DNA of 64,000 nt from Octopus sinensis (Eukaryota): positions 114,948,001-115,012,000 of the forward strand of contig NC_043002.1 in assembly GCF_006345805.1 (NCBI RefSeq). Direction: 5' to 3'. How positions within the stretch are numbered: the first letter of the stretch is position 1; each line of letters begins with the position of its first letter. A program made the position numbers and the translations under genes. A model generated the notes under the pieces. It did not search any database and was not told the origin of the DNA. It worked only from the letters and a program-made list of their open reading frames with translations. This document shows, piece after piece, positions 12,233 through 26,644 of this stretch.

Positions 12233-15151
12233 TATATATATATATATATAGTGTTAGGTGTGGTGTACAGATATTGAATATTGAGAAAAAAGGTCGCCAG
12301 AATTTTTGAATAAAATCTTTTTATTTTTCATTATAATTAGCGCTTTCGTTCGTTTCTCGAACTTGTCAAAGAGAATTTTGTGAATGTAGAAACAGCGTGT
12401 TCATTTATATAAAACAGATGTTTTGTGGGGTTTTATTTAGAAGAGGAGAACATTGTTTTTGTTTTTTGTATTAAGTATTTTATGTGAACTGGCTGTAGTG
12501 CAATGTTAGCGTCAATATTTTTTTATGATATGTATAAGAGATCAAACAATATTACCAGGGCAACATTAAATTAATATCTTGATAACAGTCTTGTCAGTAA
12601 ACAAGCTTATACATCTCAGACTTTTTAAACTTTTAACCTTTCGGTCTTGCTTAGATCAACATTCCATTTAATGGAATGAAATTACTATAAAGAAAGAATA
12701 AAATTTACATAAATGAAAGTAATTCGTAGTCAAATTGAGTACACATGAAAGAGATGTCTAGAAATATAGAAGTGAAACAAGCAGTTCCATTTCTGAAAAT
12801 ATAGTACGTGGTGCGTACCATCAGTTGCTTGTAAAGTTTCAAAACAAAATTTTTTTCATATTCATAAAGTTCTGTAATTCGAAGTCAGGGAAGATATTGA
12901 GCATTTGGCTTAATATTCTGGGAAGTAAACCCCTAACCTGAAACCTTCCTCGATAAATACTCACCTCGTATCCAATTTTGCAGATTGATGGTAAGGCACT
13001 AAAAGCCATTGCGATCAGCATGAGCATTAGAATCCCATACTCTCTTCAGATGCTTAGCTTTGTATCTCATTTAACAAATGCTAGTATGGGTTAGAAAAAA
13101 AAACATCCTGATTAAGTTAGTTTCTCAAAATCGCTAAATAATTCACAGAAACATTATCTCATAATGTGAGCATATTTCAGATTTTGCTGTGAATAGTTTG
13201 CAGGATAAAGTGGAACAGCGAATAATTGGGTAATATATTATTGGGAAAGAAGTTGTAAAATCACACTGATTCAGCTTTTAAAGAGAAAAATACTCTTCCG
13301 TAGAAATAAAATATATTAACTCTAACAAGCAGTAATGCATCGACTGACGAACAATTTAGTAGCGGCCTGACGTAGGTCTTACACGTGTATCACCAGAACT
13401 TACTTTGTTGTTGTACCGGAAAGATAATAATTATACAGAATAATTAGATAAATCTAAAGAATGCGCCAATATGAGTTACGACAAAAATTACTGATGCTTT
13501 GCAGACCCTTTGCGGATTTAATCTTGATAATAAAAATTTGACTGGATGCGTGAATAAAGATATAGGCGACTCAAGACGAAAATTGGATTGAAAGATAGTC
13601 ATAAAGATAAAATATATCAAAGTAAAAATAACAGCTTTGATTTAGAACATCGATGAGAAAGCACTGGACATATCGATAAATAATTCAATATATGAGGCTC
13701 TCTGTGAAGCTGAAGGAAATGGGTCTATTGATTTATGAAAGGAATCTCTGATGGATTTCAATAAGTTTTAGCGTAGATTCTATTTGTGTTATCATTCAAA
13801 AGAGTGATTAGAATCAATTGGGTGTAAAAACAACTAAAATATCCAATAAGTTGGTTAAAAATCCTCTGTAATTATTAAATGTTTGCGATGAATTTCCTAT
13901 TATTCTGAAAAGGACTGTACCGAAATAAAACGTTATTCCATGCTTTATTCACTCTTGGATATAATCTATGGTTTGAGAAATGTATGCCTATTGCCTTTCG
14001 TATTGCAGTATAAGAAACAATGAGGAATATTCACACTGAATGATCAGAGAGCAAAGATGAAAGATTATCAATAATAGGCACTTGTTGATATAGTCTCAAA
14101 GACAAAGAACGTTATACGATTGTTTGGTTTAAGAGAATCCTTTGTTGTCTTGAACAACAAAACCTGTATAGAAGCGTTATGTACCATTAATATGAACAAA
14201 GCCAGTTTAATGAGAAAAGTCATCTATGCATTTGAATATAATTTTTAGAAGTTAATATACGCGTGAGGCATGCTGTTGTATAAAATATTTGAGACTTCCA
14301 GGGGTTCATTTGTTGTTCCTGCTTTAGCTACTTAAGATGATACTGCTAATTTTGCTTTATTTTTCAAATATAAAAATATCCAGTAAAACAAGGATAAATT
14401 AGGAGTTCAAAAATTATAATACTCAATAAGTAATTGGCTCACGTGTTTTTCTTCTCTCATATCAGTTGATAACTGAAATAGTTACACCAAAATGTGTTTC
14501 ATTAAAAACTACTGTATAATGGAAAAATTATATTTCCAGAGGTAAGAACACGGTATAAAAAATACTGGTTCAAGGCCTACAATGGATAAGAACACGGAAT
14601 CACAGGGTGGTCGCTCTTAGTTGCTTAGATAAAATTAAATTGTTATCGGTTATTGAGCTAAGTTTTTCTATACACCGATTAGGTAATATTACTTAGCTGA
14701 GTTAATTTCTTCACAAAAAGGGTTTAAGTCTCAAAATCTAACGCTTGAAGGTCGAATTTTAAATGGTCGAACAATCAGAATATCGAAATTCTGAAATAGC
14801 CGAAACTCACAATACTAAATTACATTATGTTAAAAAAAAAAAGCTCCAAATTTTAAAATACTTTAAATAATAAATTGGTAACACTTGTAAAAGACATTTC
14901 CATCCAGTTGAATGGTAAGTTCAAATTTTTGAGAGTCCGAAATTAGACTCGTACACTTGTTTAACTTTCTTTGCCTTAAGATTTTCACTGTGTAATAGAA
15001 ATATAGAAACCTCGACCTTTTGATTGGTTGACGTGTTTTGGTTTGTATTGAGAGTGTATACTAATAGAATTAAAGAACAGAAATATCCGATAAATAAACC
15101 ATTTTCGCTTATATATATGATATCGTATCCCTGTTTATATGTTATTGTTCA

Positions 15152-15732
15152 TACTAAGAAATAATGTTTATCGCCTTTTAGGCTATTCCCTAGAAACGGA
15201 CGTTACTGTTTTTTTTAACCCCAAGGTGTCGCCTCCAACCAGCTAGTTATTCGGTGCAATATGCACCCGATATATATTGCAAGCGAGGAGATAACTCCTA
15301 TCATCTTCTAGCTATGAGACCACCTTTGTGGTCATTCTCGATGGTAGATACCTGTCTGCTAGACATAGTAGTGGTTCACTCCAGCTCACAATATATAAAA
15401 AATAAGTGACTCACAGTCACTGATCTTGCAACAAGTAATTTAACTAGTTAAGAAAAATATCTGTAAAAGATGGAGTTTACTGACAAGTACTGTTTACCGC
15501 TACCCGACGAGTACCCACCAGCGAAAATGATCACAAAGAGGTCGAAACCGTAAGAGCTGGTGGTCTCGTAGCTAGAAGACAGCAGGAGTTATCTGCCCGC
15601 TTGCAATATATAGGGCGTAGATTGCACCGAATAACCAGCTGGAGGAGGCGTCCTTCTGGGGTTAAAAATAGTAGTAACGCCCGTTCCTAGGGACAGTCAT
15701 GTTTAAGTGGCGATAAGTATTACTTCTCAGTA
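15152..15732. mobile_element. MITE with long TIRs and TA ends
   Basis: About 15152-15330 is the reverse complement of about 15555-15732. Ends are TA|CTAAG and CTCAG|TA. Confidence 0.8.
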
Positions 15733-17483
15733 GAAAAACTGCTTTCATCTCCATAAGAGATAAAAGCGGTATTTATACTAATTTAACTAGCTAACTTGCT
15801 TGTGTTTATACTTGCTTTTAGAATTGTAAGTATGGACCATTTAAGCCCAATTTTCATATTATTTTCTGTGAAATTTTTCAAAATTCAGACTTTTAAAATT
15901 TTAGCATTATGACTATCAGTTTTCGGTCTTTCGGGGTTTTAGTATTCTAAGTTTTTTGATAATTTGAAATCTGAACTTCTTGCGTTCCAATTTATGACAA
16001 ACGCAGTACAGGCTATACTCATAGGATATGTTCAGCTCGCATCCTAATGAAATATTTGTCAGTTTGCTTGAACGACGTCTTACTTTAGTATCCTGTACTT
16101 CTCAATAATACTGTTAAAATTATTAAATAATCGGCACAGAGAACGGGGTTGATTAAAGTCTGTTCAAAGAATATCAGGTGTATCACTGAACAGTGTTTAT
16201 TTTAAGTGAATTACAACTGAATTACTTATTTGGAAGTGGCAGAGTTGTTTTTTTTTTTCATTTTTCTTTTAAATAATATTCATGGAAATAGTAATTCAAA
16301 GATTAAATGAATATTCTAATGTGCATTACTTCGTGATCAGAAATATTCTTTAAAACACTTACGAGATGTCTATAACATCTCAAAACGAGAGTTTCTATTC
16401 ACAGCAAACAAATGAGAACATTTCTAAGTTGATAAAAGTTCGCCAATATTAGACATGATAATACTTATCTTTTTGGCTTGCATAGACCTTATCTTTTTGT
16501 TTTAACGGGTATGCGTATATGTGTATGTATGTATTATAGCTGTGCATTTCGTATTTTTGACAAATTTTGTTTCATTTATTTACCCGGATGTATTTGTATT
16601 TCTCATGGTAAAGTTAAGCATTCGCTGAAGTTAACAATTTTTTAAAAACTCTTTTTCACGCTATTTAAGTTCAGGACTTTGCTGTCATTCTTCGTTGAGT
16701 GGTTGTACCCAACATCGCCTTTTGTTGTGGGAGCCTGCATTTCCTGGCTCATCATGATAGAAATCATATATATGCAAATGTAATAAGGCTGTGACGTCTG
16801 GAAAACTGTGACAGCTAATACATGAATTAGGATAACTACAAATACCAACGCAGAATGGAAAGGTTGCTATGTACAAAACCTAACGAAGAACGACGCGTAC
16901 ACTCGCACGCGCGCAAACACACACATATATACGTGTGTGTGCGTATGCGCGCGAGTGTGTGTGTATGTAACACTTGCGAGTGAATCTGTGTTGTAAATGA
17001 TGACCTATGGAATTAATATTTTTCTTCAGCACTCTTTATTATTAGGTTGTTTTTCAACACTCACATATTAAAAATAATTTTTTTGCTACACAAAGTAATC
17101 CTTTTATAGAAGTGCCTTTGGATACAGAAGCATAGAGATTTTTAATTAATCATGTTCATTGTTTTATTTATAACCAGCACTTGAAAAAGATGGAGATAAG
17201 GAAATAACTAAAGACAGTAACATGGCTAAGTTCACCTCGTCTTCCTTTTCTAGTTCTCTCCCCTTGTTTAAACCTAGTTCCCACTTCCACTCTATTTAAT
17301 GACTATTTATCAAAACGAAGGGAATGCTACTAATTTTTTCTTAAATGTTCAACGAATAGCATAGAAATTAGAAGGTATAAACCACAAAATAAATGCGGAA
17401 ATATAAGGAGGTGTCCATACTAAATGAGGAAGTTTTTGAGTATACTATTATGATATCTGTAATGGAAGTAACTTGAGTACTGT

Positions 17484-17889
17484 ATGGCTGCGAGCTGGCA
17501 GAATCGCACGCTGGGCGAAATGCCTTATGGTATTTTGTCCACCGCTGCGCTCAAATTCCGCCGAGGTCGACTTTGCCTTTCATCCTTTCGGGGTCGATAA
17601 ATTAAGTACCAGTTACGCACTGAGGTCGATGTAATCGACTTAATCCGTTCGTCTGTCCTTGTTTGTCTCCTCTGTGTTTAGCCCCTTGAGGGTAGTAAAG
17701 AAATAGGTATTTCATCTGTCTCTGCGTTCTGAGTTCAAATTCCGCCGAGGTCGACTTTGTTATTCATCCTTTCGGGGTCGATTAAATAAGTACCAGTTAC
17801 GCACTGAGGTCGATGCAATCGACTTAATCCGTTTGTCTGTCCTTGTTTGTCCTCTCTGTGTTTAGCCCCTTGTGGGTAGTAAAGAAATA
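17484..17889 (+). mobile_element. tRNA-derived SINE family A, dimeric, with 20-bp TSD
   Basis: A-box-like tggcagaatcg, B-box gttcaaattcc in the second unit, and a duplicated body. TSD ggaagtaacttgagtactgt at 17464-17483 and 17890-17909. Confidence 0.92.
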
Positions 17890-18173
17890 GGAAGTAACTT
17901 GAGTACTGTTCAGATATTAGTTACTACCAAAATGTAGTCTTTAAGCAGAATCGGCGTGACATTCGGTGTGACAAGTTTGAATCTCCGAATTACTGTTGAA
18001 TTCCATTCGATGGAGTCCACCTATTTTTCGCTTACCCAGTCTTATTCATAAATCCTGTGTCAAGTCCATGCTACAGCAGGTACGACTTGCTTGTAGTGCT
18101 GAACAGTGGGATTGAACTCCTTATCTCATCACTGCGAACCGAAATTCTTTAGTAGTGCGCCCTATATGAACAT

Positions 18174-18588
18174 ATTCCTTTACTACCCACAAGGAGCTAA
18201 TCACAGAGAGGACAAACAAGGACAGACAAACGGATTAAGCCGATTATATCGACCCCAGTGCGTAATTAGTACTTAATTTATCGACCCCGAAAGAATGAAA
18301 GGCAAAGTCGACCTCGGCGGAATTTGAACTCCGAACGTAGCAGCAGACGAAACACTTATTTCTTTACTACCCACAAGGGGCTAAACACAGAGAGGACAAA
18401 CAAGGACAGACATACGTATTAAGGCGATTATATCGACCCCAGTGCGTAACTGGTACTTAATTTATCGACCCCGAAAGAATGAAAGGCAAAGTCGACCTCG
18501 GCGGAATTCGAACTCAGAACGTAACGGCAGACGAAATATGGCTAAGCATTTCGCCCGGCGTGCTAACGTTTCTGCCAGCTCGCCGCCT
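18174..18588 (-). mobile_element. SINE family A, dimeric
   Basis: Reverse complement of 17484-17889 with an essentially identical internal junction. Confidence 0.9.
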
Positions 18589-21500
18589 TCATATAGTGGC
18601 AGAAACGTTAGCACGCCGGGCGAATAATCGGTTCCGCATGTAATCCAGTAGATCAGGCTTCTGTGTACTTTTGCCATTGTGTGCCTCTATGTTTTATTAT
18701 AAACAAACTTTAGGAACGAGATATTTACATAAAAGTGTACTTTAAAAAAAAATGTCCTTTCTTTACTACATAAAAGGATTTCTGCTTTGGTTTTTTTTTT
18801 TCGGGAAGATCAAACGTCTACCAAAGTTTTTCAGTAATTGTTGAGGAGGAAAGCCTGTTCATTGTCAACATTAATATCCTTCTAAATAGAAACAATACGG
18901 CAACGATATATTTTACTGTTAGTCATTTGTTGAATATCTCAATACTGCTAAAAGCTACAGCCATATACTACTTTATATGTCATAGTAGTTCAGCAATCTG
19001 CTTAAGTCGTAAGTCTATTGTCAAATTTAATAGTCTGTTAAATTTCTCCTCCATTCATGTCAGAAAAGACTAAAAGACTAATGAAAACAGCATTCTTCAC
19101 TATATATCTCTTGTCACTCGTAACCACCCCTTTTATTTTTGGTTTCGTTTTCAAGTCAGTGCTCTCTCTCTCTCTCTCTATTTTTTTTTTTTTTAAACAT
19201 TTCTCTTTTGTGTTCCTTACCTGATAAAAAATAGAAAATTTCATAGGCTTTAAAACGAGGGGTGCCAGGGATTATCAATTCTATGCAAGTTTTCCACTAT
19301 AGGTTTACAAGACTGTCATTAATTCACTTCTCTCAAGCTGTAATCGTTTTACTCGTAGTGTGAGAAAAAAGCCCTGCTATAGCTGTCTTCTGTAACATCT
19401 TCAGAATAAAGAATTTTAAAGTATTTTCATATGATTTCAACGTCTAGATGTAAATTATACATGAATTAAATTTAAGGAAGCAATTAATATCGAGCCAGGC
19501 TGTCTAACCCAGTGGTCCACGACCTTTTGTAGCTCAATACCCACCTCCAATGTTTTGATAAAAGGAAACAAGATTATTTTAATCAAACAGAAGCCAACTT
19601 TGCACTGTAGTTTTCTATATGTTCTTATGCTACCACATCCAGCCCGTACTACTCTTTGGGCTTTTGCATAGACAAATGTCACGCGTGTAAAATCTTTAGC
19701 GAAATTACAAAAGAAGAAACAAATTTATGCCATGAAGTTACACTGAATTTTGGGAATTGATAACCCAATCTCCCACTCAAATTCTTTCAACTAATCTTGG
19801 CAAGGCCGAACGAGAGTTTTCCAGTGATGAATCTGGACTTGTTACGGTCTTATTATGCTTTTCTAGCAAAATATAACTTTCTGTGTACAAAATTAATAAG
19901 AGCGTCACCAAGGGTCAAATGTATCATTATAATCGAGGGTAATTATCCATAGACATCACTTGCATGAAAATATTAGTTCTGAGTTATTGTAGTCAGCTTC
20001 TTCCTACATAAGCATTGTTAATTAATTAGGTTTTGTATCAGTACATTAAGTATCGTGATACTATATTAACTGGCACTTGAAAGTGCATTCATGCATTCAT
20101 CATAACAGTCGAAATAATATATATTGGATTTAAGCAAGAATCGAATCTGTACGCATTCTGTTTGAAATATCTAGTGAAACCTGCAGAACGGAAAAACATT
20201 CTCAGTATTTCCTTGCTTCTTGTTAGTCTTGATAAACTTGCTATTCATACTTCCTAGAAATTGTATATGCATAATTATGGAAATCCATGAGAAGAAATTT
20301 CAGTTTATGATATAATGCAATAACAATGTTACTTGTATATATGCCTGGGGGTATCGCATTTTATATTGGATATTATTATGATTTTGTTTAGTAAAATGAT
20401 TACCAATAAAGCCAGTCTCATGGGATGCGGACATGAATATCATCGGTCTCAGAGGGCCTGCAAAGTCATAGGCACTACCTCTTCCTCTAGATTGAACAAG
20501 TAACAAAAACCACTTTTCTTAACAAGTGCATTTGTGACAACTAATAACAAGTTCTCAGAAAATATTAATTTATCAAATCAAAATACAGATTCGTTTTATC
20601 GATAAGTATGGATATATTTTCCCTTTATATTTTCCATCTGCTCTCAAAAGCAAATTTCGGTTGCCTAACGTATTAATTTCAAATATCTTCCTATGTTTAA
20701 GTGATCCATGTGTACCTCAGTAAGTATTTGACGGTATTGAGACGCACTTTGTTTTTAAAAATATCGGTCTTTGTCATTTAAGTGTAAGGCCAACGTTTCC
20801 GTTATTTGTGAATGAACGTTCACAGGCTGCAATGTCCCGTAAACTTTACATCAAGCGCTTCTCTAATCAAATGTATTTTCTAAAGCTAACAATGCTTATA
20901 CATAACACTTACTTTAAAAAATAGCACCGTTTAGGAAGAAAATTGACAAGGTATTAAACATACTAGCAATCATTTGTATACTAAAGCTAGCGATCAAGGA
21001 AAGACATCCTCGCAAAACATTATCATTTATTTCAATGTTCGTTTAATTGAAAGAAGCAACATACTTTTAGCGAAGCAGAGCTAAAAACATACCTTTAAAA
21101 ATCGATTTTTGTTGCAGTACAATATTTGTTAGATACAAACATTCAAGTTCAAAATTTTCAAATTGCCAGTACCCCAACATATTGAAGTCGCAAAGAAGAC
21201 ACAGTTGCTTATATAAGTAATACCATTTAGTGAACTTTGTACCAGATATTACAATATCTGTACATCTGAACTATGTCAGAGAGTGATATTAAATGCGATG
21301 ATTGCCAGAAAGAGAATAGTGTAACACATTTTAAAACTTCTCTTCTAAAATTTTCAGGAGCCAAATCAAAGTCACTCGTCCTCATGTCTCAAGCCAGTGA
21401 CTATTTACCTTTGTTTATCCCAAATTAAGTGTTCAGTATAATAACGGATACAAATCGCTTCATAGAATGTAAATAAAAGTAAAAGAGCAAAGAGGACAGA

Positions 21501-22712
21501 ATTAGGGCATTTTACCAATATTGTATAAAATCCGATAATAATAGCTAATAGTTCATTTAACCTAAATTTATATAAGTATCTTTCAAATTTTACTAGTACA
21601 TTGTAATTCGTGGAATTTTCACGGCAAAAAATTGTATGCTAAATAATCTTCCAATTTCTCAATCAGCAAATATAGGTGTTTTATGAGATGAATCTATGTT
21701 CAAGCATAAAATACAGTGTGGATGTTACTCACAGAGTAACAGAAGGTTTAGCGTCTTTTTGTCAGATGTAATGAGATCTCACAATGATCTGAATATGTCA
21801 AACATTTAAACGACCTGATCTTGAAGAGGGCTACGAATGTCAAGCAAAAGCATTAATTTTTTCTATTTCAATGAAGAGCAGTGTGTATTATAAGCTAATA
21901 CGCCTGTACGTCGTTAAATACGTTACTTATACGAACATACCTAAGTATCAATAAGCGGATTTGACATGTCAACATAAACAATAATAATCTTTTCAATTTC
22001 CGTAGATTGTGAAATATTTTCTTTGTTACTAAGCAAAATAGCGAGTTCAACTGGAAATGCAATAGTACAATGTTCAATTCTTATTCGAAAGTTTCTAGAA
22101 ATTGAAGCTGCAAATCTCCCTCAAATAAAACCCAACTACTGTCTAGAAAAAAGATACGTTGGATAATGTAGCTCTAGGTTTCATACATTTACGCAAACAG
22201 GTGAGATGGTCATGACTGGAATTCCTTTGAGCATAACTTTATTCGGTCAGGGCTGCCTTAAATCTAAACAACAAAAATACGTGTTGATTTCAAATCAAAA
22301 CTTATTCACGGAAGAATCATGCAGGGAGCTTACTCTGTTTTGCATTTGTGTAAAGCTTAACTAAAGATTAATTTCTTTTTTTTTTTTTTTTTTGGCAAAA
22401 CGCTAATGACCTACATTTTAGAAGTAGACAAAAATCAAAAGTGGGACATTCATATATCACGAAAGAACAGAGAAGGGAAAGTGAAGCATCTTTTTTGCCA
22501 ATGGACAAATAAATTTCTTTTAAAGATGTAACGTGCACTTTGACATTTGTCATGCGACTCTATTTGGTACAAAAATAAATTTTCAAAACCAGGAATTATC
22601 AAAAGCATCAGTATACGTACTACTGATTGCGTGCCCGCGCGCGTGCTCACACACACACATGCACACACACACACGTGCCTCTGTGTGTGTGGGCATAGGT
22701 ACGCAGACGTAC

Positions 22713-22747
<35 letters not shown>

Positions 22748-23235
22748 ATTAGTGTTTGTTTTTATGTTCAGTTATGACAGAGTAGAAATATATCATTCTT
22801 AGACAAGAATATTATTAACAGTAGCTTCGAAGCCAAACCATCGTCGGACTGCGATGCATTGAAATTAATCTTGGCTGTATATAGTCTCCATTGAGTTAAA
22901 ATTTTTTGATATGTGGGTTTGAGTGGAGACGTAACTCGGTTGTAGGGTGGATTGTGATGAAGCGAATTTTTTATTGATTAAATCGGGGGTTATGTTATGA
23001 ACCTTTGACCTTTACATTGACAAAGCAAAGGAAACTAAAAATAAATAAAACTATTGGCACGTCTATATCTACCTACCTTGTTTATATTTTATGAACCTCT
23101 AAAAACAATCCCATGATCTGATTCGACCACACCTAAATATACAGATCTTCGTAGAAAGTTCTACATGCGAGAATAAAGTCTAAAAAGTAATGTGTTCAAT
23201 TAGAAAATTTCTATACGATATAAAAGTAGAAACTG

Positions 23236-23531
23236 TACTGAGAAGAATTTTTTGCCGCCACTCCAACATGGCTGTTCCGTACGAACCGATTTTATTACCA
23301 TTTTGACCCCAAGAGGACGCCTCCTCTAGCTGATTATCGATGCAGTCTGCATTCGATATATATTGCAAGCAGGGGAGCAAACCCCTACCATCTTCTAGTG
23401 ACTTGACTGCTTCCTATATATATCGGGTAAAGATTGCATCGATAACCAGCGAGAGGCGGTATCCATTGGAGTTAAAGATAGTTCGTACAGTACAGCCATG
23501 TTGAAGTGGCGACAAACATCACATCTCAATA
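23236..23531. mobile_element. MITE, internally shorter copy of the 15152 family
   Basis: Ends tactgagaag and ctcaata; shares ttgcaagc and ttgcatcgataaccagc blocks. Confidence 0.7.
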
Positions 23532-23756
23532 ACGTGTTCAAATTTAATCAATAGAAATTTCTCCAAAACATCCCTCCATCATAATACCATCCTACAACCT
23601 AGTTACCTCTCCATTCAAACCCACACACCCAAGGAAGATTTTAATTCAAGAGAGCTATACAAATTCAAGACTAACATCAAGGCATCAAAATCTGACAATA
23701 CATTAACTGGCCGAAACGTCATATTCACTGTCAATATTATCCTCATTTCATATACA

Positions 23757-23806
<50 letters not shown>

Positions 23807-24129
23807 CACTCTCCTGCTTTCAAAAGCCAACTTCTGTATCTCTCTCCAACATCCGGTTAGTTATTTCCTGGTCATCTAACGACACACGTGCTTTCTTCCA
23901 GATAATCTGCTCTTTCCTTCTTTTCCACCTCATTGGACATTTTCCTCTACCCAACGAAGAGTAACACTCAAAACATCGTTTCCACTCTTTTTTTTTTCAA
24001 GTAAATCTTTCACTGAGTGTCAATCTAATATATTCGGTGTGTACATGTAATAGACTTTTGTTGTTTATTTTCCGTTACTTTACTTGTGATTTTGGTTATA
24101 TCTATCTATCTATCTAGCTATCTACCTAT

Positions 24130-24169
<40 letters not shown>

Positions 24170-24606
24170 TATATATATATTATATATATATATAATATAT
24201 ATTATATATATAATATATATATATACATATATATATACATATATATATATATAATATATTATATATATATACATATATATATATTTATTTATTTATATAT
24301 ATATATGTATATATATATATATAATATATATTATATATATTATATATATAATATATATATATTATATATATAATATATATTATATATATATATTTATAAT
24401 GTAAAGTATAATAGCCATTTCAATATGGCTAACCACAAAGGGGGGTGTTACTGTAGCTTTTTAGCCGCAAGAGATCATCGTCTCCAGCTGGCTATAGGCA
24501 CACTATCTGTGCCCTTATGGTATTATATATTTATATATATATATACATATATACATGCATATATATATATATGTATACATATATGTATATATCTATATAA
24601 ATGTAT

Positions 24607-25185
24607 GTAGGAGTAGCTGTGTGGTAAGTAGCTTGCTTACCAACCACATGTTATCGGGTTCAGTCCCACTGCGTGGCACCTTGAGCAAGTATCTTCTACT
24701 ATAGCCGACCAGAGCCCTGTGAGTGGATTTGGTAGACGGAAACTGAAAGAAGCCTGTCGTATATATATAGAGTAGCTGTATCAAACTCCATTCTTCACCA
24801 AGTGCCACATATTAGACGAGGTTCGTCGTAATAACAGTGTAGCACAAAATGGTGGTGCATCAGCACGGCCGCAGCTCTGAGCTGAAACTAGAAAAAAAAG
24901 AATATATATATATGTGTGTGTGTTTTGTGTATCTGTGTTTGTCCCCCCACCATTGGCTGACAACCGATGTTGGTGTGTTCACGTCCACGTAACTTAGCGG
25001 TTCGGCAAAAGCGACCGATAGAATAAGTACTAGGCTTACAAAAATAAGTCCTGGTGTCGATTTGGTCGACTAAAGGCGGTACTCCAGTATGGCCGCAGTC
25101 AAATGACTAAAACAAGTAAAAGAGTAAAAGATATATGGCGGTGCCCCAGCATGGCCACAGCTCATTAGCTGAAACTGGAAAAATC
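24607..25185 (+). mobile_element. tRNA-derived SINE family B, with partly duplicated 3' end
   Basis: gctgtgtggtaag A-box, ggttcagtccc B-box, internal TA/TG microsatellite and ggccgcagtcaaatgact tail. Confidence 0.9.
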
Positions 25186-25197
25186 AAATCAAAATCA

Positions 25198-25233
<36 letters not shown>

Positions 25234-25238
25234 ATATG

Positions 25239-25284
<46 letters not shown>

Positions 25285-25303
25285 ATATGTATATATATGT
25301 AAA

Positions 25304-25378
<75 letters not shown>

Positions 25379-25432
25379 ATATATATATACATATATATAT
25401 GCATACATATATGCATACTTATATACACACAC

Positions 25433-25482
<50 letters not shown>

Positions 25483-25487
<5 letters not shown>

Positions 25488-25744
25488 AGGTACTCAGAAA
25501 TTCGGATGGTTTTATGTTTACAGATATTTATTTGTATATTACATGTTTTAATACATCATATAACTTATATCATATATCATATATTAGCGCTTTCGTCCAT
25601 TCTGGTGGATTTTTCAAATTGCGTCCATTCTGGTCGATTTTTCAAATGGAAAAAACATGTAACATACAAATGTATAAAAACATGTAATATACAAATAAAT
25701 ATCTGTAAAATATAAAACCATCCGAATTTCTGAGTACCTCATTT
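25483..25744. repeat. Inverted repeat with about 70-bp arms
   Basis: aaatgaggtactcagaaattcggatgg.. pairs with ..ccatccgaatttctgagtacctcattt; the spacer contains a short tandem duplication. Confidence 0.9.
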
Positions 25745-25859
25745 CTTCTAATATAAAATACCTGTACATCATCTCCAAACTTTCATATATATATGTATAT
25801 ATACATATGTATATAGATATGCGTATTTTATATAGTATGTATATATGTGAATGTATATA

Positions 25860-25901
<42 letters not shown>

Positions 25902-26191
25902 TCCGTAATAATGAAGGGTGAAATTAATTAATTTGGAATAATTATCAATTACACCAAGTAGTCTTCGGCATGTAAAAGCCTCATTCGAGGAAAATTTAAG
26001 TAATACTAAGCAATAAGGGTTTAGCAACGAATTGCCTTACCACATACCGAATTTAGAAATAGCAGTCAAAGGGTTATAGCTATTTCTTCTACTAAAAAGG
26101 GAGATCTCAGTAAAAACAGCAATTGGAAGGCTGACACAAACAGGTAAGAGAGAATGAATTGACTGCAATCTATCATACATTTTTTAAGTTA

Positions 26192-26298
26192 TCTACGGAC
26201 GTACGTTTCGAAATCAAGTTTTTAGGAAAGCATAAGAATTAAATATTAAATATTAAATAATTCTATCTTACCGAAACTTCTTTTCTCTTCAGCGTAGA
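26192..26298 (-). ncRNA. Type I hammerhead ribozyme, left-arm copy
   Basis: Mirror image of 26352-26458. Confidence 0.78.
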
Positions 26299-26351
26299 AT
26301 ACTATAATCATAAATGATTATATATTGAATTTTGATTTATGATTATAGTAT

Positions 26352-26458
26352 TCTACGCTGAAGAGAAAAGAAGTTTCGGTAAGATAGAATTATTTAATAT
26401 TTAATATTTAATTCTTATGCTTTCCTAAAAACTTGATTTCGAAACGTACGTCCGTAGA
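26352..26458 (+). ncRNA. Type I hammerhead ribozyme with extended stem II
   Basis: TCTACG, CTGAAGA, then GAAAAGAAGTTT...AAACTTGATTTC (stem II base), GAAAC, GTAC loop, GTC, CGTAGA. Predicted cleavage after 26452. Confidence 0.8.
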
Positions 26459-26644
26459 TAACTTTAAAAATATATGATAGATTGCAGTCAATTCATTCTC
26501 TCTTACCTGTTTGTGTCAGCCTTCCAATTGCTGTTTTTACTGAGATCTCCCTTTTTAGTAGAAGAAATAGCTATAACCCTTTGACTGCTATTTCTAAATT
26601 CGGTATGTGGTAAGGCAATTCGTTGCTAAACCCTTATTGCTTAG

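Noticed and set aside
12966-13070. Minus-strand exon ending GAG|GTGAGT (MLMLIAMAFSALPSICKIGYE)
   Set aside because: All frames are blocked after the likely acceptor and no partner exons were found.
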